Positions 8,208-16,600 of a DNA stretch of 29,863 bases are shown one piece after another. A program made the position numbers and the translations under genes. The stretch is from a virus (lineage: Duplodnaviria > Caudoviricetes), in the IMG/VR virus record IMGVR_UViG_3300034106_006572, positions 1 through 29,863 of that record, one strand, 5' to 3'. Numbering within the stretch: position 1 is the first letter of the stretch; each line of letters begins with the position of its first letter. Below the pieces are notes generated by a model. The model was not told the origin of the DNA and ran no database searches. It worked only from the letters and a program-made list of their open reading frames with translations.

Positions 8208-9387
8208 GACTATGTTGGATCATACGCAAGATATCGCCGGCCGCGAAACTCACCGGCTTCTGTCGCTTTATCCCGCCCCTGATTTTGTTAAAACCGCCGA
8301 CCACGATCGCCTGCACGGCAACCCCGAAACACTTGCTCGCCATCTGTACGCCGAGCCGCATAAGAAACTGTACCCGTGCCACACCGCTCCCGCTACCTGG
8401 ATGTCGGCGCTTTGGTTTGCCGAAAAACGTGCCGAATTTGACGCGGCTACGGCAACTAGCATTGAAACGCGCATCAAGACGGCTGCTGACTATTTTGGCA
8501 TTGCCGGGCTATTAGAGCAATTAACGGAGAAGGTGGCAGCCGACCGGACGAACGATTTGGCCAAATTATCAGATAGCGCTTTTGCCATTGTCTGGAAGGA
8601 CGAAAACGGCGCGGTCGAGCGGCACTGGCCCATGCGCAACGCCACCGAGGTTAAATTTGCGTGCGCGCACTTTAAAAAGCACCGTGACGAGTTCGTATTT
8701 CCTGACCGCTGCAAAATTGCCAATAAGATCCTCGACAAGGCGCTCGAGTTCGCCGCTGACACGAGCCCCGCTGAGGGCGTATTGGAGACGACAGCCGGCC
8801 GGGGACTTTGTGCCACCAAGGTCGCCGCCGAGCTTGTCCGGGGCCGTGCACAGCTTACAAAGCGGTCTCACGCCGCCCTAAGCTCTGAGCTGGAAAAACT
8901 CGCGCAGTTAATCGAATCCAGCCCGGCGGAAACACAAAACGAAGAATGCCGGCTCAAGCTGGCGGCCATTATTGACCAGTTTGATCGCGAAACCAAGCTT
9001 TTCCGCCTGTACGACGAGCATGGCTTGGCGCGGCCTGAAGACGTCCTATTTGCGATCACCGAAAAGGTGGCCCGCGATTTCATGAGCCAAAACGTCGAAA
9101 CCACTACTGGCAACGTATACGCCCTCGACGACCTTGAAAAGCTGGCCGTTGAGGATATCCGGGCGTGGCTTGGGGACGATTTGGCTGACGCCGTATCTTC
9201 TGGCGGCGTATATACAGATCGCGACAAACTTGCGGCGATTGTACCCACCCTCGACCGCGGCATGGCAGCGACGCTTGATCGTCTGATGACCGAAAAAAGC
9301 GCGGCGCCGGTAGCCACGAACGCGGCCGAGGGTATGATGTCCGCCGATCGGCTCTATGAGTTGGCGGCGCAGGCCGACAACAAATAG
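8206..9387 (+). CDS. Hypothetical protein rich in KxA motifs (possible virion internal/head protein)
   Basis: ATG 8206 with GGAG at 8193-8196; 13 of 24 Lys are in KxA context. The function is inference only. Confidence 0.75.
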   Translation: MTMLDHTQDIAGRETHRLLSLYPAPDFVKTADHDRLHGNPETLARHLYAEPHKKLYPCHTAPATWMSALWFAEKRAEFDAATATSIETRIKTAADYFGIAGLLEQLTEKVAADRTNDLAKLSDSAFAIVWKDENGAVERHWPMRNATEVKFACAHFKKHRDEFVFPDRCKIANKILDKALEFAADTSPAEGVLETTAGRGLCATKVAAELVRGRAQLTKRSHAALSSELEKLAQLIESSPAETQNEECRLKLAAIIDQFDRETKLFRLYDEHGLARPEDVLFAITEKVARDFMSQNVETTTGNVYALDDLEKLAVEDIRAWLGDDLADAVSSGGVYTDRDKLAAIVPTLDRGMAATLDRLMTEKSAAPVATNAAEGMMSADRLYELAAQADNK

Positions 9388-9393
9388 TTACTG

Positions 9394-9603
9394 CTACTTT
9401 GCGTTATTTGACCGGCCAATCTGAGCGCGCTGCGCGCGCATGTCAAACTTTGTTTTGGCCAGCAATTCTGTGCGCAGAACGTCTACGGCGTCCGGCACGT
9501 CAAAGCCGAGCCGAACAACGCCGTTTTTAACGCCCACTACCATGACGCGAATGTTATCGCCAATTGCGATCGCCTCGTTGACCTTTCGCGATAAAACCAG
9601 CAT
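9394..9603 (-). CDS. csrA: Carbon storage regulator CsrA/RsmA-family RNA-binding protein
   Basis: MLVLSRKVNEAIAIGDNIRVMVVGVKNGVVRLGFDVPDAVDVLRTEL has the CsrA signature including the RNA-binding Arg of RxE; AGGAG RBS. Confidence 0.92.
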   Translation of the reverse strand: MLVLSRKVNEAIAIGDNIRVMVVGVKNGVVRLGFDVPDAVDVLRTELLAKTKFDMRAQRAQIGRSNNAK

Positions 9604-9620
9604 AAGTAACTCCTTTACTT
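9604..9620 (-). promoter_or_regulatory. RBS hairpin with AGGAG loop directly upstream of csrA (putative CsrA-binding site)
   Basis: AAGUAA-AGGAG-UUACUU-AUG: a perfect 6-bp stem with GGA in the loop. Confidence 0.55.
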
Positions 9621-10298
9621 TCTAAGAGAAGATTCCAACATTCTAGCTACACCCTCGGTCGAGCCATTGTCGAGCTTGATTGCCTGCAGCTGCGCAATAA
9701 GCATTTTTGCCTTTTCGAAGATTACTTGATTAATTTCGGCTGTTTTGCCGGCTTCTACGTCATAGATCGCATTAAACATTTCCGGGTCGTCTGAGAATTG
9801 ATTGGCTGCATCCGAGACGTTGGCTTGGCGTAACGCGATCTGTAGGACGTCCGGCGCATTAATGATACCTTCCTGGTCAAGCAGGGCGCCGATATAGGCC
9901 CGTATTTCATCGCTAAACGGCCCGTCTTCTTGGCCGTCATCTTCCGGTGGGGCGATTAATAGCCCCTCTGTAAGCCCCCAGGCGACCTCTAGGCTATCCG
10001 CGGGGTCAAACATGTCTGGCCGGTAGGTGTCGCCGCTGAGGACATTACAGAAGACGATAAAGTCTGGCAGGCTATTGTAGAACGCGTCAGCCGTGAAGAT
10101 ATTTATAGCCACCATGAGCTTATCGAGGACTGATTGCGGCAAATCGACGTCAAACTCCTCTTCGACCTCTAGCGTGATGGTCGCAGGATCCCATTGCAAG
10201 CCCTCCATGCCAAACCGGTCAAGAAACACCGTCAGCAGCACTATCCCGAACGTCTGCGGGCTCTTCCATAGCTCTGTCAGGATTTTGTTGGTTGGCAT
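9615..10298 (-). CDS. Hypothetical protein (227 aa, acidic, probably helical)
   Basis: Clean ORF with GGAG upstream; its stop lies in the csrA RBS hairpin. Confidence 0.8.
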   Translation of the reverse strand: MPTNKILTELWKSPQTFGIVLLTVFLDRFGMEGLQWDPATITLEVEEEFDVDLPQSVLDKLMVAINIFTADAFYNSLPDFIVFCNVLSGDTYRPDMFDPADSLEVAWGLTEGLLIAPPEDDGQEDGPFSDEIRAYIGALLDQEGIINAPDVLQIALRQANVSDAANQFSDDPEMFNAIYDVEAGKTAEINQVIFEKAKMLIAQLQAIKLDNGSTEGVARMLESSLRK

Positions 10299-10740
10299 GC
10301 AATCCGCTCCGTTTCTCTATTTGATGTCTTCCGCGCCGATACAACTCTAATAGATTATACGCTATCGTCTCCATCGGCGGCGCGGGCAGGCTATCGACAT
10401 TCTCGCCGGAATCAAGCACTAAAAAGCCTGTATGCCCGGTCCATGTGCAGTAATTATCATCCACAAACCCGAGCTGCGTAAATTCCGTCAGTCCGCGTTT
10501 TTGCGCGTCGCTTGTGGCGTCGAGAACAAGGGCGCGCTGTTCCGGGCGCAAAAATCCCAGCCGCTCTAGGTAATCTGCCAATATCATTCGCATTAAAAGT
10601 TCGGGTGGAATTTCAAACTCTGGGGTCGGTGCCGCGTAGCCAGCTGCTTTAAAAATATTATGTATCTGCAGCTTGCTGAGCTTTACAAACCCGGTTACCA
10701 TATTGACCGTAATTGGTCTTACTTCAACGGAGGCTTCCAT
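10219..10740 (-). CDS. Hypothetical protein
   Basis: C-terminal part of the 246-aa track ORF. Start is ATG 10740 (AAGGA 8 nt upstream) or ATG 10701; overlaps the next gene by 80 nt. Confidence 0.6.
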   Translation of the reverse strand: MEASVEVRPITVNMVTGFVKLSKLQIHNIFKAAGYAAPTPEFEIPPELLMRMILADYLERLGFLRPEQRALVLDATSDAQKRGLTEFTQLGFVDDNYCTWTGHTGFLVLDSGENVDSLPAPPMETIAYNLLELYRRGRHQIEKRSGLHANQQNPDRAMEEPADVRDSAADGVS

Positions 10741-11014
10741 GGTTTCTATCCTTGATGATTTAACGCGTGTCTCGGCTACACGCGGCGATTTTACCGTAAC
10801 CAGCAAAACAATCGAGCCCCTTCTGGATGCAGCCGCGGCCAGCCTTGTTTTGAAGAAAGCCGCCGAGCTTGGCTTAAATCGTCCCGGCGTATCAAACGTT
10901 AGCGGGCCGTATCCGGTAGACGCCGACGGCAAGACCGACGACGAACTGCTGATGGGCAAGCGCGGCGCCGTGTCCGAATATCGCCGCGATTTCGTAGTTC
11001 TCGCTGGTCTGTGA
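10739..11014 (+). CDS. Hypothetical protein (91 aa)
   Basis: ATG 10739 with GGAGG at 10729-10733; protein-like composition; stop abuts the convergent gene at 11015. Confidence 0.7.
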   Translation: MVSILDDLTRVSATRGDFTVTSKTIEPLLDAAAASLVLKKAAELGLNRPGVSNVSGPYPVDADGKTDDELLMGKRGAVSEYRRDFVVLAGL

Positions 11015-11500
11015 TTATTCGCCAGTCTCTGCGCCGAACTTTTTGATGTGTGCTACCCGCGCAGCGTAGAACTGCGCGATCGGCAGCGCTACAGCTTCAA
11101 AGTTTTTCTCGATGTCCGGCAGCACGGTTTTCGTGAATACTCGCATAATCACAGTCTGCAGTTCTCGAATCGATTCTTGCGTGTAACGGTGCTCTGCGGC
11201 ACTAAGTGCGGCGGTCTTCACCTCTGGCGATGTGTCGAGAAGAATCTGCAGATACTTTGGGCAGATGAAATGCGCGTCGTGCCCGATCCGCCGCATGGTT
11301 TGCATTGTTTCTTGCGGCGCTCGGAAAATAGATGAGCCGGGATCCGGATCTTTTTTGTCTTCGCTTTTGGGATCTACTGCTCGGATGTTTGTAAGCTGCC
11401 AGCCGTACGCCAGCATGTCGTCATTTGGCGCCGGCATCGTGTAGGCCGCTTTTGGCGCGGCTGGAGTATTGGCGTTTTTTAATGTGTGCTTTTTGGCCAT
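11015..11500 (-). CDS. Hypothetical protein (161 aa)
   Basis: ATG-start ORF fitting the gene tiling. Confidence 0.7.
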   Translation of the reverse strand: MAKKHTLKNANTPAAPKAAYTMPAPNDDMLAYGWQLTNIRAVDPKSEDKKDPDPGSSIFRAPQETMQTMRRIGHDAHFICPKYLQILLDTSPEVKTAALSAAEHRYTQESIRELQTVIMRVFTKTVLPDIEKNFEAVALPIAQFYAARVAHIKKFGAETGE

Positions 11501-11541
11501 GAATATTCCAATAGCTAAGGAAAAGGCTAACAGCTAGGACT

Positions 11542-11618
11542 TATGGCCGGTCTATATCGCGTACACGTACACACATAAAAATAATTATGGTGCAGTGTCG
11601 CGATACAGACCGGACATA
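11542..11618 (-). other. Long imperfect intergenic hairpin
   Basis: Arms CCGGTCTATATCGCG (11547-11561) and CGCGATACAGACCGG (11599-11613), extended inward and outward; two mismatches resolve as G-U pairs on the minus strand. Confidence 0.7.
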
Positions 11619-11624
11619 CAATGC

Positions 11625-11894
11625 TTAGTGGGAAGCCTGCGCGTTTATACGCAGGCATAGGAGATAGTGGTCTGCCTGCATGGCAACCACTGCGCTCTCG
11701 TTTCGTGGACAATCCTCGATGATCTTAGCGCGCAGGAATAGATCCTGCCGCCTTTCGTCCTGTGGGTGCGCGTTCCGAGCCTGTTCGAAGTATTTCTCTA
11801 GCAGGCAGTCCATTTTTCGAATTGTACGACGGTCAAGAGCTTCGACCGTCTGCGCAGACAGACAATTCATCCAATCCTCCGTGGCTAAGGACAT
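11625..11894 (-). CDS. Hypothetical protein (89 aa)
   Basis: ATG-start ORF filling the gap between two intergenic spacers; weak RBS. Confidence 0.55.
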   Translation of the reverse strand: MSLATEDWMNCLSAQTVEALDRRTIRKMDCLLEKYFEQARNAHPQDERRQDLFLRAKIIEDCPRNESAVVAMQADHYLLCLRINAQASH

Positions 11895-11951
11895 CCACTA
11901 ATAGCGATATAGCGGACTACTAAATATGCCACGATTTTTGACAAAATATAG

Positions 11952-12254
11952 CTAAAAAGTGACGTAAGAAATCTGCCCGGTCACCGACGCAAACACGACT
12001 TTGATTTTAGTCGCATCCAGCAGTGTTTTTAACGTTGTCTGCTGTTCTGCGCTCAAACTGGCGAGGCATGATTTAATATTAGACAGCGCGGCTTTTTGCG
12101 CCTCGTTGCGTCTGCGCGCGCACGAGCCGCAACCAGTATTAGCCGGCGTGAGGGCGGCTCGTTGGTTGGCCAAGCACGGAATAGCCTCAGTGAATTTGGG
12201 GTCCGAGGCCATTGCTAGAATTGTGCTATCCTCTATGACAACCGTGTCGCGCAT
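11952..12254 (-). CDS. Small Cys-containing protein (GCGSC motif)
   Basis: Start reassigned to ATG 12254 (AAGGA upstream). The longer track ORF is an alternative-frame read of the neighbouring Ser tract. Confidence 0.75.
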   Translation of the reverse strand: MRDTVVIEDSTILAMASDPKFTEAIPCLANQRAALTPANTGCGSCARRRNEAQKAALSNIKSCLASLSAEQQTTLKTLLDATKIKVVFASVTGQISYVTF

Positions 12255-12264
12255 CTGTCTGTCC

Positions 12265-12906
12265 TTAATTGCTAGAGCTAGAACTGGAGCTAGAAGAGCG
12301 AGAAGAGCTAGAGCTGGAGCTGGAGCTAGAAGAGCGAGAAGAGCTAGAGCTAGAGCTGGAGCTAGAAGAGCGAGAAGAGCTAGAGCTACTGGCTGCAGGC
12401 TCGCCGCCAATCCAGATTTCTCCGGCCGGCGAGATTCTGTCTAAAACATCTAACGTAGTTTGCAGCCGGTACACATCTTCGGCTACGTCACGGATGAACG
12501 CGTGCACTTCCGTACGCGATCGCAATACTACATCTACGTAATCGAGCCGAAACCACTCTGGCCGGTGATCTGGAATTGGCTCGTCTGTCGGGTATTCTTC
12601 CAAATCAGTGGGCGAGCACACATGATCAAACGCGCCAACTCGTTCGTTTGCGCCCGGATCTAGCGGCAAAAGAAGGTAGGCGAAAATCTTATTGGGCATA
12701 AGATTGGCATTTGTCGCTGTGATGCGCACACGAATGCCGTCAGTGCTGTGGTAGTTATACCGGCTTACCGACCAGTTCAATTTGACGCGCCGGCCGTTTT
12801 CGCTGTTTAGCCCGAGCATGGGCAGTGGCTGTGTGGCGAACGCCTGGCCAAGTGCTGCGTCTAGGCCGACGATATCTGTATCGGGCGGCAGGTTATTGCA
12901 AGTCAT
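12265..12906 (-). CDS. Hypothetical protein, probably virion-associated, with C-terminal polyserine tail
   Basis: 213-aa ORF ending in about 40 Ser interrupted by three Arg; lies in the structural gene run. Confidence 0.8.
   Translation of the reverse strand: MTCNNLPPDTDIVGLDAALGQAFATQPLPMLGLNSENGRRVKLNWSVSRYNYHSTDGIRVRITATNANLMPNKIFAYLLLPLDPGANERVGAFDHVCSPTDLEEYPTDEPIPDHRPEWFRLDYVDVVLRSRTEVHAFIRDVAEDVYRLQTTLDVLDRISPAGEIWIGGEPAASSSSSSRSSSSSSSSSSSRSSSSSSSSSSSRSSSSSSSSSN
12271..12390. repeat. About 3 copies of a 36-nt tandem repeat encoding R(S)11
   Basis: gagctagaagagcgagaagagctagagct recurs with a 36-nt period. Confidence 0.85.
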
Positions 12907-12922
12907 AATACGCTCTGGTTAT

Positions 12923-13534
12923 TTAACGCGGTAAATTTTCTTCGAGATTAAGTGTTTTGAGATAAGCCTTCTCTGCTTTTTTAGCCGACGAGATTGCGTG
13001 CTTTACGAGTAGACGCGCGGGTAGTTCCACGAACGGCAGGTTCCGGTTGGTCGCTTGCTCTTTAAGCCAGCTAACAATTAAGTCTACATTCTCTTCGCAC
13101 CATTTTACGCCCATAATATCCATATGCTGCGCTTTCGCGTTGCATGAGCAGGTCGGGGTCGCGGTAATTCCGATACGGCCTAAGTACTTTTTGAGGTACG
13201 TGCCGGCGCCATCAAACGGCAGTTTTGGCGGCGCAAACGGATCCGGACCTACGGCCGCGGGCGGCTCTGTCGGGGTCGGTTGTGGGGCGGTAGGCTGCAT
13301 TACAGCCGCGGTTGGTTGCGTAACTGGCGCCGCGGGGGCCTGCGGCGTGGCGATTGGTTTTGGCTGCGCTGCGTTTTGCCCGCACTGATTTTTTGTGGTG
13401 GCAATTAGCGTCGGCCAGTTAGTCGCGGCTAATTTCGCGGGAAGACTAATAGTTTTTCCGCAGCTTGTGCATTTTTTACAAGCAAAACTGTTTCCCGGCA
13501 AAATACATTTGCTGTCTACAAAATTGCAGCTCAT
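12923..13534 (-). CDS. Cys-rich protein with Pro/Ala/Gln/Thr linker
   Basis: AGGAGG RBS; N-terminal Cys cluster (CKKCTSC), low-complexity linker and C-terminal GAGTYLKK...CSCN...MD...WC domain. Confidence 0.8.
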   Translation of the reverse strand: MSCNFVDSKCILPGNSFACKKCTSCGKTISLPAKLAATNWPTLIATTKNQCGQNAAQPKPIATPQAPAAPVTQPTAAVMQPTAPQPTPTEPPAAVGPDPFAPPKLPFDGAGTYLKKYLGRIGITATPTCSCNAKAQHMDIMGVKWCEENVDLIVSWLKEQATNRNLPFVELPARLLVKHAISSAKKAEKAYLKTLNLEENLPR

Positions 13535-13572
13535 ATGGTTACAGCCTCCTGCGCATGCGATTAAACGTCAGT

Positions 13573-13616
13573 ATTGTACCTAAGTATTTTGAATTGCAAC
13601 ACTATCAAATACTAGG
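13573..13616 (-). promoter_or_regulatory. Possible promoter overlapped by an imperfect inverted repeat
   Basis: Minus strand TTGCAA-15 nt-TACAAT (the spacer is short); inverted repeat 13579-13592 / 13605-13616. Confidence 0.3.
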
Positions 13617-13683
13617 CAAATTTTTAAACCAGCGGCAGCACACCGATTGCTTATCTGGGAATATACCGTCGCCCGCATAGCCG

Positions 13684-16600
13684 TTACTGTACTTCCGTGA
13701 ACCAAACAGAAACTGGTTGCGCATTTACAATATTATCCGAATAAGTTGTATCGACAACTCTTAGTGTCAATACCGCATTGCTCGGCATTGTGTGGAAGCT
13801 TTTGCCGCGCGCATACGATGGCCCACAATCCTCAATATCAAATAACTGATTACCATATGGATACCAGCTATTTGCCCAAACTCCGCCGCTAAATATGACT
13901 TTATTAAGTATTTTTATTTCTACAACATTCAGTATCGAGCGCGGCGGATGTGATATCGGATTTGGATTGAACTGCATAGTGCCCATACTGCTTATGGCAT
14001 AGCAGCGGCCCGCCTGTAGGCGCGCGTTCGCCGGCACATCTGGCCCGCGGCCGTCTTGGCGGATAACAGATGCGTTATCCGGGAAATTCCAGCGTATCAC
14101 CCCGTCTTGTATGGGGTTTGGCACTGAGCACGGACCAGTTGTGGCCGGCGTGACGCCGCCCGCACATCCAGACGGTATACCGACTGCAGTGTTCACTTGT
14201 GCAAGACCGTTAATGCACAGTGGGAGATACGTGTAAACATAGCTTGTACACGGGCAGGGCAATCCGGTGTTCGTATCCGGCCCAAACGGCGGCGACACAC
14301 CAGCAACAAACTCGCAGCCGTTCGGTAAGTAACCAGACACAGTACGTCTTTGGAAACCGCCCACGCAAATGGTAGCTGCGTCATATGTGTAACCTGTGCA
14401 AGACGTGCAAGCGCGCGGGGATAGATTCGGCAACTCCTCCGGCTCGCCTACGCAGCCCGCCGGCGTTTTAGTGTAGGTTGTGACTTGTTTTTGATTGTTT
14501 GTGCACGGACCCAGCCCGTAAGCGTAGCCGGAGCATGGCGTCTTGCATGTTCCAATTTCAACAAAATCTATTACTCCATCCGTGCAAGCTGCGATAGCTG
14601 TGCCGTTATTGTTATACGGCGCTGTCACCACTGCGCCGTGATTCATCGGTTTTGTCGTGAACGTTGAGAAATTGTAAATGCAGTCAAAACCCATTTTAAT
14701 CCGGCCAGCAGAGTCATGATTATATGGACTAGCTATAGCGGCTTCTCGCGGGCTTTGACTGCAATTTGCGATCTGTCGACATGCTTCTGTCTGTTCATAC
14801 GTGGGCGTACCGTTTAAATCTGCGCCCGGGCAGCGCGCAATCATGAAACCAGTGTACGAGTTTGTTCCGGCTGTCGCATTTTCGCCCTGTACGCCAATCT
14901 CGTTGCCGGCGGTTAGTGTGGTTTGCGGCAGCAGCGCGCTCGGGAAATCGTATTTGCAGTTGCCGCGTATTTGTGTGGTTAGCGTGCAATTTACTGGTGC
15001 GCGACAATAATCTTCTGTGTACGTCGGCGTACCGTTCGTGCCTGTGCACGTGGCGGTCATTTTTCCGATACGCGTAATGTTTGTAACGCCCGGCGTGACA
15101 GTTGAGCTTTGCGTAAATTCGCGCACAACTGGCGTGCCGTTATACGGAAGCGTTATGCCGGCAAACGTATACGAACAGCCGCCAGCTGTTGTTTGATTCG
15201 TTAAGGTGCACGCGGGAATCGCTGTGCAAGGTGTGACAACAGAATACGTTGGTGTGCCGGTGCTGGCGCACTCGGCCTTCATTCTGCCTGCGTAATTAGG
15301 CGTATTTGTCTGTACTTCAACTGAATTATTACCGGCAGTTGATAATATTGACCCGCTGAACGGATAGTAGCAGTTGCCGTTTTGTTGCGGTTCAAGCACG
15401 CATTTACGCGCACATGTCTCATTTTGAAGCGTTAAAATGCCGTTATAGCACAGCAAACCGCTTTGCCCGGTATGCGTTGTTGTATTTGTATTATTAATAG
15501 GCGCCAGTGTTTCATTTGATTTCAAACTAACAGCGCTAGAGAAATTATATGTACAGCCGCCAAGGCTTGTACGCGTTGTTGCAATGCTCGTTGTGGTACA
15601 GCGTGGTACATTAACTGTGCCGCAGCGCACAGGATAAGTGTATGTAATTGACCCGCCAGAATTACACCGAGCACTTACCGTACCTACACCGCCAATTGTT
15701 GAAGTATTTGCGAGTTTGGTTTGATCAACTGCGAGCCCGCCGCCGAGCGGATATGTGCAACCGCCAGCAGAATGCGTCGCCGGCAGCTGACACGGCAACA
15801 ATACGCACGTACCTAAAGTTGGCGTGAGCGTGCCGGCGTTACACGTAAGCGTTGCCGTGCCCTGCGCTGTACTAGAGTTTGTATTACTAATAGCGGGTGT
15901 GGTAACGCCGTGCGATATTAATCCTGCGGGCCATGTGAATGTGCATGCGCCTAGCGTTGCTGTATATCCGGCAGGAATTGTGCAGCTTTTTGGCGTACAG
16001 CCGGTAATAGAGTATGTTGTATTGCCAAACGAACATGTTGCCGTTGCAGTACCTTCGTATCCACTGTTGGTTGGCGCGAGAGACTGCGTGCCGCTGTTGT
16101 GCGGTATTGTTGTAACTGGGAAATTCCACGTGCAATTATTCTGTGTGTACGCGGTTATTGCGCAACTCTTCGGCGTGCAGCTTTCCGTTTCTTGATACTG
16201 CACTGAACCGTCTACTTGGCACATCGCGTACATTCTTCCGGTATATTGAAAACCAAAAGGTGTAGTTGTAGTTGACTGACCGATAGCTAATACGTTTGGA
16301 TTAAATACGTATGTGCAATTTCCTCTTACTTGCGATTCTAATGTGCAAGACGCTACAGCGCACGTGTAGCTATCGTACGTAGCCACGCCATTGTCGCCGC
16401 AGTATACGCGGACAGAACCAGCGTAATTGACGCCATTTACAGTTGTAGTTCTTTGATATGTTGTATTTGTGCCGTATGCAATTGTCGTGCCGGCGAGATT
16501 AAAGTCGCACTGCCCGGCTTTCGTATTCTCCAGCACGCACGGCTTGCGAATGCACGGCTCGTCTTGCGGTTGCGGTGTGTGTGTAATAGTTCCCTGATAG

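Noticed and set aside
9394-9603. Host assignment (e.g. Planctomycetota) from the CsrA sequence style
   Set aside because: MLVLSRK-type CsrA occurs in several phyla; a phylogeny or spacer match is needed.
10741-10959. N-terminal extension of the 246-aa minus ORF
   Set aside because: It is antisense to the RBS-supported + gene at 10739-11014.
12255-12410. Signal-peptide-like ALALLALLAP N-terminus of track ORF 11952-12410
   Set aside because: It is the +1 frame of the upstream gene's Ser tract; a better ATG with RBS lies at 12254.
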